Shown one piece after another: positions 8,741 to 18,248 of a DNA stretch of 64,000 bases. The notes beneath the pieces are model-generated. The model made no database searches. It saw nothing but the letters and a program-made list of their open reading frames with translations, and had not been told where the DNA came from. This stretch comes from an uncultured delta proteobacterium (GTDB lineage Bacteria > Desulfobacterota > Syntrophobacteria > BM002), in assembly GCA_963712115.1 (NCBI GenBank), contig CAVQGX010000037.1, positions 32,001-96,000 of the forward strand, read 5' to 3'. A program made the translations under genes and the position numbers. Positions within the stretch are counted from its first letter, which is position 1; each line of letters begins with the position of its first letter.

Positions 8741-8930
8741 AGCCGACTTTCGATTTCGGATTTGTCCTTCGGACTCCCACCCATCGGGTAGGTTCCCGGT
8801 TTCGGAATGCGGAATTCTAATCTTTTTTCCGGCTATGCAATCGTAGCTGCAAAAGCTGATATAATACTCCAGTGATAAATGTCTTCTGAAATCAATCTGC
8901 GACCACAGCGTCAGGTAGGTGGGAGGGGTT

Positions 8931-10253
8931 ATGAAGCGCAAAGGGGAAATTGCCGAGGCTGAAGGTAAACTTGGAGTACTGATCCCGGGAATTGGGGGTG
9001 CGGTGAGCACCACTTTCTTGGCAGGGGTGGAAGCGATTCGCCAAGGCTTGGCCCTTCCTATTGGTTCACTGACCCAGTTGGGCACTGTTCGTCTCGGGAA
9101 GCGCTTTGAGTATCGCATCCCCCGGATTAGGGACTTTGTGCCGCTGGCACAGTTGGATAACCTTGTCTTCGGCGGGTGGGATGTGTTTCCAGATGACTGT
9201 TATAGGGCGGCCCTGCAAGCCGACGTTCTTAAACCGGAGCACCTCGAGGCGGTCCGTTCTTTTCTTGAAGGCTTAAAACCCTGGCCGGCGGTTTTCAACA
9301 CCCAGTTCGTTAAAAACCTCGCGGGGCCACACTTGAAGACCCAGACAAATCATCTAGATCTTGTTGAGGCCATCAGGGCGGATATTGACATATTTGAGCA
9401 AAAAAATGATGTATCTCGCTGTGTCATGATCTGGTGCGGCAGCACAGAGGTGTACCTGAAACCTGGGGAAGTACATGCTTCGCTCAGCAATTTCGAATTA
9501 GGACTGAAAAACAACGATCCCAACATCTCACCGAGTATGCTCTACGGTTATGCCGCCATTACCAGTGGCATTCCTTACATAAATAGCGCTCCTAATCTTA
9601 CGGTTGACATTCCAGCCATGGTAGAGCTGGCTGAGAAGCACCAAGTCCCGGTAACCGGCAAGGATTTGAAAACCGGACAGACTCTTATGAAGACTATTCT
9701 GGCGCCAGGACTGAAGGCCCGCATGCTCGGCCTTACGGGTTGGTATTCAACCAATATTCTTGGCAACCGTGACGGCATGGTACTGGACGATCAAGCTTCT
9801 TTCAAGTCCAAGGAAGAGAGCAAATTGTCGGTCCTCGAGACTATTTTGCAGCCAGAGGTTTACGCGGACTTATACGGTGATTTTCACCACAAAGTGGTTA
9901 TCAGCTACTATCCACCCCGGGGTGACAACAAAGAAGGCTGGGACTGCATAGACATATTTGGCTGGCTGGGATATCCGATGCAGATCAAGGTGGACTTTCT
10001 TTGTCGGGACAGTATCTTGGCGGCGCCTTTGGTGCTCGATCTGGTTCTGTTCATGGATCTGGCGCAGCGGGCTGAAATGACCTCCATCCAGGAGTGGCTC
10101 TCTTTCTATTTCAAGAGTCCACAGTGTGCAGCCGAGCTCTATCCCGAGCACGATCTCTTCATTCAGTTGATGAAACTAAAAAACACTCTACGCTACCTTA
10201 TGGGGGAAGACCAAATCACCCACCTCGGACTAGACTACTACTATGCCCTCTAG
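8931..10253 (+). CDS. ino1: myo-inositol-1-phosphate synthase
   Basis: GKDLKTGQT, NILGNRDG, SK, YYPPRGDNKEGWD, CRDSILAAPLVLDL motifs. Confidence 0.95.
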   Translation: MKRKGEIAEAEGKLGVLIPGIGGAVSTTFLAGVEAIRQGLALPIGSLTQLGTVRLGKRFEYRIPRIRDFVPLAQLDNLVFGGWDVFPDDCYRAALQADVLKPEHLEAVRSFLEGLKPWPAVFNTQFVKNLAGPHLKTQTNHLDLVEAIRADIDIFEQKNDVSRCVMIWCGSTEVYLKPGEVHASLSNFELGLKNNDPNISPSMLYGYAAITSGIPYINSAPNLTVDIPAMVELAEKHQVPVTGKDLKTGQTLMKTILAPGLKARMLGLTGWYSTNILGNRDGMVLDDQASFKSKEESKLSVLETILQPEVYADLYGDFHHKVVISYYPPRGDNKEGWDCIDIFGWLGYPMQIKVDFLCRDSILAAPLVLDLVLFMDLAQRAEMTSIQEWLSFYFKSPQCAAELYPEHDLFIQLMKLKNTLRYLMGEDQITHLGLDYYYAL

Positions 10254-10267
10254 CCCGGATGAGCTAC

Positions 10268-10304
10268 AAAGAAAAAGAGCCACAGGAAATTGTCCCGTGG
10301 CTCT
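10268..10304 (-). terminator. Rho-independent terminator (minus strand)
   Basis: AGAGCCACGGG/CCTGTGGCTCT stem with the U-tract only on the minus side. Confidence 0.75.
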
Positions 10305-10484
10305 CATGACGAGGTGGTATCACATTTACCTCCCAAGTTTTTCTGCTCACTGGCACTCTTGCGGCTGAAGCTCGAACCTCTTTTTTAGTTATAAACCAGT
10401 GTCTATCTGGTTCTTTGTCTAGGTGTTAGATTGAGCTTTCCCACCGTAATCAGTGCCTCGGGTATTTGTGTTCACCTCGTTGCT
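10268..10484 (-). ncRNA. Candidate ~215 nt rod-shaped ncRNA
   Basis: Bounded by a sigma-54 promoter and a terminator; nested end-to-end complementarity across 10309-10480; no sizeable ORF. Confidence 0.55.
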
Positions 10485-10494
10485 TTTACAGATA

Positions 10495-10510
10495 AGCAAG
10501 TGGTGTGCCA
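10495..10510 (-). promoter_or_regulatory. sigma-54 promoter
   Basis: Minus strand TGGCAC-ACCAC-TTGCT; palindrome TTGGCGAAAAGGCCAA at 10605-10620 upstream. Confidence 0.72.
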
Positions 10511-10656
10511 TCAATGCCTGAAACAAGCATTTAACAATTAGTTAGTAAAATCAAGATAATATTCTTCTCTCCAACTGCAGCTCCATAATCATTCTTCGGG
10601 AAAATTGGCGAAAAGGCCAAATAGGAATTTGCCAAATGGTTAGGGAAGGCAGGTCT

Positions 10657-10860
10657 TCACCGCGACAGGGTTACACTTGTTATTGTTGGCCGCTGGGAAA
10701 GAATACCCAGTTTTTTTATCTCAATGTAGTGGCGGATTAAAGGAAGGGAGAGGGCTTCTGCTGGAACCTCAACTGTTTGGCTAGGTTTGAGCACTATCGG
10801 CTCGTCGGTTACGTGCTCCAGAACGACGGTTGCCCGGGAAAAATTTTTTATTATCGGCAT
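10657..10860 (-). CDS. Hypothetical protein
   Basis: AAGGA RBS; 67 aa with protein-like composition. Confidence 0.5.
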   Translation of the reverse strand: MPIIKNFSRATVVLEHVTDEPIVLKPSQTVEVPAEALSLPLIRHYIEIKKLGILSQRPTITSVTLSR

Positions 10861-10983
10861 ATTTTGTTCCTTGCCAAATTGTTAGATATGGGATGAATTA
10901 TCCTGTTAGTTTAATTTTCATCGGTCATCATAACAGCAGACTGCCGAGAATGAAACATTTATTCACTGCAACCGCTCAGCAAG

Positions 10984-11412
10984 TCAGGATTGCAGTAAAC
11001 GCCGATCCTCCTCGGCTATGAAAGTGAAACGAATCCCAGTACCGAAGAGACCATGACCGAGTTCCGTTGAATGCAGCACCTCTCCCCTGGCAGATATAAT
11101 CTGGTCTTCTACTGCTATTTCCAATTCCAGCTGCACGCCCCGATCTAGTTTTCTGTGGGTCTCTATTTTTGCTCCCCCCTCGCTAACGTCGAGAGTTCGT
11201 CCAATAGAGATTATGTATTCCTGTCTCTTATCTTTCTTGGGGACATACGAAGCCAAATTGAGAGAACGGATCCTGGGGCTTGCTCTCTTTTCCCTCACAT
11301 TTTCCAGGTGAGCTTCTGCTTGGTCTATTCCAACCTCAATAGACTGCAACTTCTTAACATGCTGATCCCAAAACTCTGTTGGACTCACTTCTAAAAATCC
11401 CATAGGAGTCAC
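10984..11412 (-). CDS. PilZ domain protein (start uncertain)
   Basis: RASPR, DVSEGG, GTGIRF motifs. Confidence 0.85.
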   Translation of the reverse strand: MTPMGFLEVSPTEFWDQHVKKLQSIEVGIDQAEAHLENVREKRASPRIRSLNLASYVPKKDKRQEYIISIGRTLDVSEGGAKIETHRKLDRGVQLELEIAVEDQIISARGEVLHSTELGHGLFGTGIRFTFIAEEDRRLLQS

Positions 11413-11499
11413 CTCCGTAAATATCCGGGTTAAGTTTGCTACAAAACATGGTTGAATGTCAAAGGCAGTAAATTTAAGAGCGAGAAATGCGAGACGGGC

Positions 11500-11697
11500 A
11501 TAGAGATCAGAGGTCAGTGGACAGGGTTCAAGCTGATCTCTGACCTCCGACTTCTGACCTCTGGGATAGACGAGTTCGACGATTTCAACGAATTAACTAA
11601 TTCTCTAATCAACTAATCAACAAATCGCCCTGAGCCTCTCTTCAATCCGCAATTCGAAATCTCATATCCCAAATCCGCAATCCGCAATCCGCAATTA
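11500..11697. repeat. Heptamer/octamer tandem-repeat mosaic
   Basis: TCTGACC-type and ATCCGCA repeats; 11575-11620 resembles the reverse complement of 4475-4525. Confidence 0.75.
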
Positions 11698-11722
11698 CCA
11701 AAGTGCCTAGTCTATTCTTTGG

Positions 11723-11738
11723 TGGCATATTTCCTGCA
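11723..11738 (+). promoter_or_regulatory. sigma-54-like promoter
   Basis: TGGCAT-ATTTC-CTGCA upstream of a PilZ gene. Confidence 0.55.
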
Positions 11739-11850
11739 ATTTTGAACTTGACGACGAGGGAGCCTATCCCACTACGTTCAACCTCCCTCTGCAAAAGTAC
11801 TCATAGCAATAATAGCACCTTGGGGGCAAGTAATAAGAAAGGCGGCCAAA

Positions 11851-12243
11851 ATGACCTTTGAAGACCACCGCGTGCATCCTAGAGCAAATCTCAGATGGTC
11901 TGTTTCCCTCGAACTTGATGGTGTAGTCACAGAGGGCGTGACTAAGGATATTAGCGAAGGCGGAGCATACGTCTGTTGTGCTACCCCACTGGGGCCAAAA
12001 GAAGAGTTTTGTATGGTCATAAATGCCCCAAATAAGCAGCTAAATGTCAAGGCTGAGGTGGTCTGGGCGAATACCTATGGTGTTAATGACGAGATTACTC
12101 CAAGGGGAATGGGTGTGCGTTTTATGAATATCACCGGCGAAGACAGAGGGATTATTGCTAGAGCTGTAGCTGAACACCTCGCCAAAAATAAAGTGCCTGA
12201 GGATCTGCAAACTTCTATGTTGGATACGTTGGAAATCGAATGA
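11851..12243 (+). CDS. PilZ domain protein
   Basis: RVHPR, DISEGG, PRGMGVRF. Confidence 0.9.
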   Translation: MTFEDHRVHPRANLRWSVSLELDGVVTEGVTKDISEGGAYVCCATPLGPKEEFCMVINAPNKQLNVKAEVVWANTYGVNDEITPRGMGVRFMNITGEDRGIIARAVAEHLAKNKVPEDLQTSMLDTLEIE

Positions 12244-12520
12244 TTTCACCTTCCCGTGGCCTGCGTCGCAAAAATATTTTTGGGGAAACTCCTGCCTTGT
12301 GAAGACTTGACACATCCCCGAGACAAAGTTAGGGTGGGTTATAGGAGACGGGGCACGATCTCTCAGACTTCCCAGTCTAACAATCAAGCGGAAATTTCCA
12401 CCGGATTCCATGCTTCGAAGGCCCAAAGAGGCTAAAGGGTGGCGTGTTTGCAGAATTGCCGCCGAGTTTCTGGCCGGCGGCATGAAGAATAGAATTAGTG
12501 GCAATCTATTGTCGCCACCC

Positions 12521-12536
12521 TGGCATGCTATGTGCT
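12521..12536 (+). promoter_or_regulatory. sigma-54-like promoter
   Basis: TGGCAT-GCTAT-GTGCT 45 bp before the cytochrome ATG. Confidence 0.5.
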
Positions 12537-12581
12537 TGTTAGTTTACACCTTTGTTTGGGACCTGGAGTCGAGAGTTGGAG

Positions 12582-13787
12582 ATGGATAAGTTCAGAGCTG
12601 CATTGGTTGCGGCACTCGCCTTATTGACTATTTTTTTGCTTTCCCCTATTGCCTACGCATTCCATGAGGGCGGTGGGGAGGAGTACTGTCTTGGATGCCA
12701 CAACATACAGAGGTCTGAGAGTAGCCAAGACCCCAGCCCAGGCGAGAATTCCTCTACTTTGACTCCCAGGGTGACTCTCAAAGGCTCAGACCCGAGTTCA
12801 ACCTGTCTGCGATGCCATGCCGTAAGTGGTGCAATTCAATCTGTGTTGAGTAATGATGGTTCAAAGTTCACTCCAGGAGGAGACTTCTATTGGCTGCAAA
12901 AGACATTCACTTGGACCGAAGGAGGGCTCTCCTATCAGAGCGAGGCTGACTCCCACGGTCACAATGTGGTGGCCCTTGACTATGGTTTGAATCAAGACCG
13001 GAGACAGAACACCGCTCCAGGGGGCAGTTACCTTGCCCCGTCTCTGGCTTGTACCAGTTGTCATAACCCACATGCCACGACCATGGCAAATGGAGGAGCC
13101 GGGAGTACAACTTCGGTGTTAACTATATACGGTGAGGAGCCCTTCGAAGGAACAACTAACGGAAACTACCGGCTCCTCGGTGGAGCGGGCTATCAAGGCA
13201 GTCCGCAGGGATCCGGCGTGACTTTTACTCATGGGCCACCCGTTGCGGTGGCCGATTCATCAAGCTGGACCGAGACCGACTCGAGCCACCCGGCTTACGG
13301 TTCTGGCATGTCCGAGTGGTGTGCAAACTGTCACCCAGCCTTCCTCAATAGCAGCACCAGCGGGGTAGGAGGCAAGCATCCAGCCGGCAAGGGTGCGAAG
13401 CTAAATGCAGACATTGCCAAGAACTACAACTATTATATGAAAACGGGTGATCTCAGCGGGATCCAGGCGAGTGCTTACCTGGCTCTGGTGCCCTTTGAGG
13501 TAGGTATCTCCGATGTGGTCTTTCTCGATCCTTCAAGCTCTTCCGGCCCAAGATTTGGGAATGCCAATGTAATGTGTCTGACCTGTCACAGGGCTCACGC
13601 CTCTCCATTTCAAAATATCGGCAGGTGGGATTTTGAGACCGCATTTATTGCCGACTCTCACCCCCAATTTAACGATGGAGGTGCCAGTGGCAATGATGTG
13701 GTGAACAGTTACTATGGCAGGAATATGACGGCGGAGTTCGGCGAAACCCAGAGGCAACTCTGCAACAAATGTCATCTGAAAGACTAA
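12582..13787 (+). CDS. Secreted hexaheme c-type cytochrome, OmcS family
   Basis: Signal peptide then FHEGG; six CxxCH (CLGCH, CLRCH, CTSCH, CANCH, CLTCH, CNKCH); TPGGDF, GHN, GMSEWCANCH, HPAG, CHRAHAS, YYGR blocks as recalled for Geobacter OmcS. Confidence 0.88.
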   Translation: MDKFRAALVAALALLTIFLLSPIAYAFHEGGGEEYCLGCHNIQRSESSQDPSPGENSSTLTPRVTLKGSDPSSTCLRCHAVSGAIQSVLSNDGSKFTPGGDFYWLQKTFTWTEGGLSYQSEADSHGHNVVALDYGLNQDRRQNTAPGGSYLAPSLACTSCHNPHATTMANGGAGSTTSVLTIYGEEPFEGTTNGNYRLLGGAGYQGSPQGSGVTFTHGPPVAVADSSSWTETDSSHPAYGSGMSEWCANCHPAFLNSSTSGVGGKHPAGKGAKLNADIAKNYNYYMKTGDLSGIQASAYLALVPFEVGISDVVFLDPSSSSGPRFGNANVMCLTCHRAHASPFQNIGRWDFETAFIADSHPQFNDGGASGNDVVNSYYGRNMTAEFGETQRQLCNKCHLKD

Positions 13788-13992
13788 ACCCTAATGTTGC
13801 ATATCTATATCGAGGAAAAACGCGCAAGAGTACGTTCCGCCGTAGGCGGACTGCGCACAGGCTCGGACAGGTCGAGGCGTACTTGACGGTACGTGAAGTC
13901 CTGTCCGAGGCGAGTCCAGCCGTCCCGCCATGGGCGGGACTATCGCGCGAGCGCAGCGGTTTTTTACTGGTGTAGGTATGCAACATTAGGGT
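13788..13992. mobile_element. MITE-like element with 22-bp inverted repeats
   Basis: ACCCTAATGTTGCATATCTATA / TGTAGGTATGCAACATTAGGGT (20/22); abuts the cytochrome stop; shares a CGAGGCGTAC...GTACG core with the 8266 element. Confidence 0.8.
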
Positions 13993-14242
13993 ACATTCAG
14001 CTTGCCCTCTGTCCTCTGCTAGTCGCCCCCACCCGCCTTCCATCCTCTACCTCTTACAATCAATGACAGCGAAGCGTAGTGACCTAATGACGGCGAAGCC
14101 AAGTGCCCCAAGGCTTTGCAGGAGCGAAGCCCTGCTGCCTGCTGTCAGCAGCAAGCTGTCAGCTGAACGTACCTTCTCACTCGTCTCTAAGGTCAAACTC
14201 GTGGTATTCTAAAAAAGAAAACCAAAAAAGAGGGGTGAGCAA

Positions 14243-14449
14243 ATGGAACCGTGGAGAAAAATCGGGGTAGTCATTATTTTTGGCATAGTTGCTATTATCG
14301 GTGGCGGGGTTGCCTGGGTCCTGTCAGAAGACTGGGCTGTTGTCTTCACCTTTCTGGGCATTGTAACTTTTTGCCTCCTAGCTTTTCTTTTGAACCCAGA
14401 GCAAATGGTTAACCAGATGGGTGCAGAGAAAAAACCAGGGGAACATTAA
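14243..14449 (+). CDS. Small two-TM membrane protein
   Basis: GAGGGG RBS; two hydrophobic segments. Confidence 0.7.
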   Translation: MEPWRKIGVVIIFGIVAIIGGGVAWVLSEDWAVVFTFLGIVTFCLLAFLLNPEQMVNQMGAEKKPGEH

Positions 14450-14470
14450 GAAGGGTTTAGCCGGTCTTGT

Positions 14471-14792
14471 CAGCAGGCAGCTATTCAACTAGGCACTAGG
14501 AACTAAGCACTAGGCACAGCGGAACGAAGGGGGGACGGGGAGAAACGGCGATGAGAGGTCAGAGGACAGACGACAGTCTACAGATGGTTCAAAGTACTGA
14601 ATACCCGCCCGCCTCGCCTGAGCGGCTCGCGATGGCGGGCAGGTCGAACAGCAGAACAAGGAACCGCAGAATGATGAAGTGATCACTTCGATATTCGAAA
14701 TTCCTTGTTCGACATTCTGCGGTTCAAAGAGGCGGTAGCTCAGATGAAGTCAATCTTGATTGCTTTTCTCCTGAATTCTGGATTCTGACTCC
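14471..14792. repeat. Second copy of the ~320-bp composite repeat
   Basis: Near-identical to 2231-2595 minus one palindromic module. Confidence 0.88.
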
Positions 14793-14795
14793 CAA

Positions 14796-15122
14796 CTATG
14801 AATGAAGGGATTGGGATAGGGATAGGGTGGAATTGTCTAGCTTCCTAATTAGCCGCTCTACATCGGTCCAGTCTTTTCCCCTCCTCTCTGTCCTTGAAGT
14901 CCCCTCCTCTTGGGCAAGAAGAGCTTTTTGCAACACCTCCAAAGCTTCTCGCAGCATAGCTTCCGCACCTTGAAACCAGATGAGGTTGTCACTTGACTTA
15001 TCAGCCTCAATTATGCCTGTACAGGAGTCTCTCAACACGTAAAGTTTGGCGACTGCTTTTTTGACGCTGTCGTAGAGTTCGCCGTCACTGCTCATGCGCT
15101 CCCCCCTGGAGCTGTTGCCCAT
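14796..15122 (-). CDS. Hypothetical protein (start may be 15095)
   Basis: RBS-like sequences before both ATGs; helical composition. Confidence 0.55.
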   Translation of the reverse strand: MGNSSRGERMSSDGELYDSVKKAVAKLYVLRDSCTGIIEADKSSDNLIWFQGAEAMLREALEVLQKALLAQEEGTSRTERRGKDWTDVERLIRKLDNSTLSLSQSLHS

Positions 15123-15506
15123 CCTTTAGTCCTGATATTCGCCGGTGTGGAAGAATAAAGGTAATTCAAGCTATTTCGTTAAGTTATCGATCGTTTGCTA
15201 GAAATGAACTCTCAGCCTCGATTACGAGCACCATAGAAAATTACTATAATAATTTAGCTGATGTCAATGAATTTGGCCCAACGAATCAGTCAAAATGGTG
15301 TTTTTTATAGGGGTATGTCGTGGTAAACTTGCTGCCCCTCAAATGTTGATTAATAGTGTTAATTATTTTACTTCATATGTAGATGTTTATAAGTCAAGTT
15401 ATTACGCAGGGTCAGAGCTTTTGTTGTAGAAGTTATAAAAGATTTTTCGCCCCAATTCACTTCAAAAAATCTGATCCCCAACCCCTCTCTCGAGGTGAAA
15501 TGTCTT

Positions 15507-17246
15507 CTAAGGAGCCCTTCTACAGTTCAATATAGCCTCAATGTTTCTATCTGCCCAGTCATCCACCCGTCGTTCAGTTTCGACATAGTTGATGACTCTC
15601 TCGGACAACCGTCTTTCTTGCGTCAATGCTTGCACCACATCTTCCCCCGCACTTTTGGCACTCATGGGGTTGACGTAAACAATCCCGTCTTCCTCTCCAA
15701 ACCCTTGCTGTTTGAGTACCCTTGATGCGCCGCTGGTGCTCAAAACTAGGATGCCTCGCTCCTCCGGGAGTCTGTATTTTTGCGCAAGGATGTACTCGAA
15801 GGCGACTAGGTTCATCCCATCCTCCAGGGGCGTCACCAGCATGACATCGATCTCTTTCATGAACTTATAATTTTGCGGCGCTGGAATGCCTTGGTCTATG
15901 TGGGTGATGGGGACATCTTTGATTTTCTGGTTAAGCTTGGTCACCCTTTCCTCCAGAAAGGCATGCAGTTTTTGGTAGTCTGGGCTTTCAGATCTGCTTG
16001 GGGCCGTCACCTGGTAAAAGCGGGCATCCTTTTTCAAAGCTTTTAATTTAGTAAGGGCGTGCTCAAAGATACTTAGCCTGGCAACAAGTCCTTTGGTGTA
16101 GTCGCATCTCTCGAGACCACCAAAGATATATCTTCCTGCTTTTCTGTCATTGTTGATTTGCTGGTAAAGGCTCTTTCCGCCCAACTTATAGTTCAACCTT
16201 TCACCCTCGGCAACTTCAGAAAGTATGTAGTCCACATCCAGGCCAATGGGAAAGGCGCCAATTGTTGTCACCGAATCCTGGTGAATCACTTCGTAGAAGC
16301 GATCCTTGATCCTTATTTCCACAGGAAACCACTCTTGCAGGGCCTCTAAATAGTGGTCACAATATTCTTTGGTATGAAAAGCGATGAAATCATTTGAAAG
16401 CATGCCCCAGGTCAACTTCTGCAATGCTGTCTCGATGGTTTCTCCAAATGGATCATATACCTGAGCTTTCACTCTGTGTCTCTTGTCCTCCCTGATGAGA
16501 CCCTGGATTTCATGAATATTGAAGAAAGGTGTGTGGATGAATTGACCCACGTGTACCCTCTTTCTTTTTTCGTCAGATATACCCTCTTCCACCAGAAGTG
16601 CCTTGTACACTTCGGCAATCCGCATGAGATGGTAATCCTGATTCCAGATGACAATGTTGTCTCCATTTTTTTGCAATGCCATGCTCTTGCGAGTCTCGTC
16701 AATGATGGTATTGGCGAAGGTGACGCCGCTGCTGGTGTATTGAACAAAATCATTTTTGACAAAGTGAGGCCTGGGAAACACTGGTGTTTTTTTGTAAAAG
16801 AGCGGTGTTCGCGTGAGGTGCATGAGAGGCCAAAGAAATCCATTGGCAAATTTACTGTAGTAACTGTGCATGTGCTTGGTGTCGAAAAAAACGAATCTCA
16901 TGTAAAAGTCATATTTTTTGTACTTGAAGTGCATTCTGCCATCGCGCTTTATCTCTATATGAGGAAAATGATCAGGGGCGTATTTGGCCTTTTTCATCCT
17001 TCTGAATAGCCGGGTGTAGTGTCCTCTGGCCACATCGATATCGTAATCTCCCATGGAGGCACCTATCCAGGTGGTGTCCCATCTCCCAGGTTTGAGGAGA
17101 CCTGCCATGGCCTGCACCAGACCTCCCTCGCCAAAGCTCGGTGCCTCAGGCTCAGTTCCCTTTTTTAGGCACGCCTGCGCGTCTTTCAGGAATTCTTCCG
17201 AAAAACTGAACGGTCCCCTGTTTGATACAATGACCAGATAACTCAT
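15507..17246 (-). CDS. otsA: Trehalose-6-phosphate synthase-like protein (GT20), divergent
   Basis: VSNR, GGL, LWPLMH, QDYHL, FIHTPF, RCDYTKG, DGMNLVAFEY. Confidence 0.8.
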   Translation of the reverse strand: MSYLVIVSNRGPFSFSEEFLKDAQACLKKGTEPEAPSFGEGGLVQAMAGLLKPGRWDTTWIGASMGDYDIDVARGHYTRLFRRMKKAKYAPDHFPHIEIKRDGRMHFKYKKYDFYMRFVFFDTKHMHSYYSKFANGFLWPLMHLTRTPLFYKKTPVFPRPHFVKNDFVQYTSSGVTFANTIIDETRKSMALQKNGDNIVIWNQDYHLMRIAEVYKALLVEEGISDEKRKRVHVGQFIHTPFFNIHEIQGLIREDKRHRVKAQVYDPFGETIETALQKLTWGMLSNDFIAFHTKEYCDHYLEALQEWFPVEIRIKDRFYEVIHQDSVTTIGAFPIGLDVDYILSEVAEGERLNYKLGGKSLYQQINNDRKAGRYIFGGLERCDYTKGLVARLSIFEHALTKLKALKKDARFYQVTAPSRSESPDYQKLHAFLEERVTKLNQKIKDVPITHIDQGIPAPQNYKFMKEIDVMLVTPLEDGMNLVAFEYILAQKYRLPEERGILVLSTSGASRVLKQQGFGEEDGIVYVNPMSAKSAGEDVVQALTQERRLSERVINYVETERRVDDWADRNIEAILNCRRAP

Positions 17247-17597
17247 GAGGTATTACTCCTAATATTTTTAAGGTAGTTCCGATTTAGATTTGTTATTTGT
17301 CAGCTATATCCACTTAATGCTTATCTTGTCGATTCCGTCCATGTCAACTTTGATTTCTCTGTTTCTTGCCGAGACCGGGAGTGTGACAAGGGTTGACCCC
17401 CAAGGGGAGATAAGCTAGTGTCGATCCAGAAATCTTTGGCAATAGGGGGACCAATTATTTGGCCCGGGATGTGCAACAAATCTGTCAAACTCTGGCAGGG
17501 CCTCGAAAGTAATGCACTTTTTCAACATGGTGAATTTGACGAAATGGATTGAATTCGTTAAGGTTATTCATAACTTTGCATTGTAGGGTGGAGATTC

Positions 17598-18248
17598 ATG
17601 ATTGATCCATTTGCGGTAAAAGACTGTGCCCTCATTGCCATCGCTACCGGCGAACGGGCCCACAATCTCAGAGAGTTGAGGGATCGCCTGGAGACAACCC
17701 GTCCAGGCTGTATCTACCACCATTTCTGGGGGGGACTGCTGCGCCCCAGCTTTGATGATCCCGAGTATCAAAACGACTTTGCCGTCTGGGCCTATCACGG
17801 CCTGCACGATAGATTTCTTGCCGAGAGGCTTGCCCTCATCGATCCCACCGAATTAGCTGACATGGAAGAGTTGAGGCGAGAATTGATAGAGATTATCGAA
17901 GAGAGACTGGATGAAAATGAGTTGGTGCCGTGGGCCTCTGCGCATCAACAGTTTCACTTCATTCGCTCACAGATCATCGTCTTTGACACAAGAATCCGGA
18001 TCAGCGAACCGGAAGAACTCAAGGGGCACATTCCCCAACTCACCGTGGGTAGCATTTTCTATCACTTTGTGGACGCTCGCAGGCGGACAGCCAACAGGAG
18101 CGATGATTTCAGCGAGTGGCTCAAGGGTTTTGGCAACAGCTACAATAGACTATTAGAGCAGATAGCGGCCCTGGATCCCTATTTCAAATCTCTGACGGAG
18201 CTGAGGTCCCAACTCAGTCAGATATTCGAGGAGTATGTGAGTAGATGA
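17598..18248 (+). CDS. DUF5752-like protein (TreT partner)
   Basis: Duplicated IY.HF...NDF..W module; overlaps the treT start. Confidence 0.8.
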   Translation: MIDPFAVKDCALIAIATGERAHNLRELRDRLETTRPGCIYHHFWGGLLRPSFDDPEYQNDFAVWAYHGLHDRFLAERLALIDPTELADMEELRRELIEIIEERLDENELVPWASAHQQFHFIRSQIIVFDTRIRISEPEELKGHIPQLTVGSIFYHFVDARRRTANRSDDFSEWLKGFGNSYNRLLEQIAALDPYFKSLTELRSQLSQIFEEYVSR

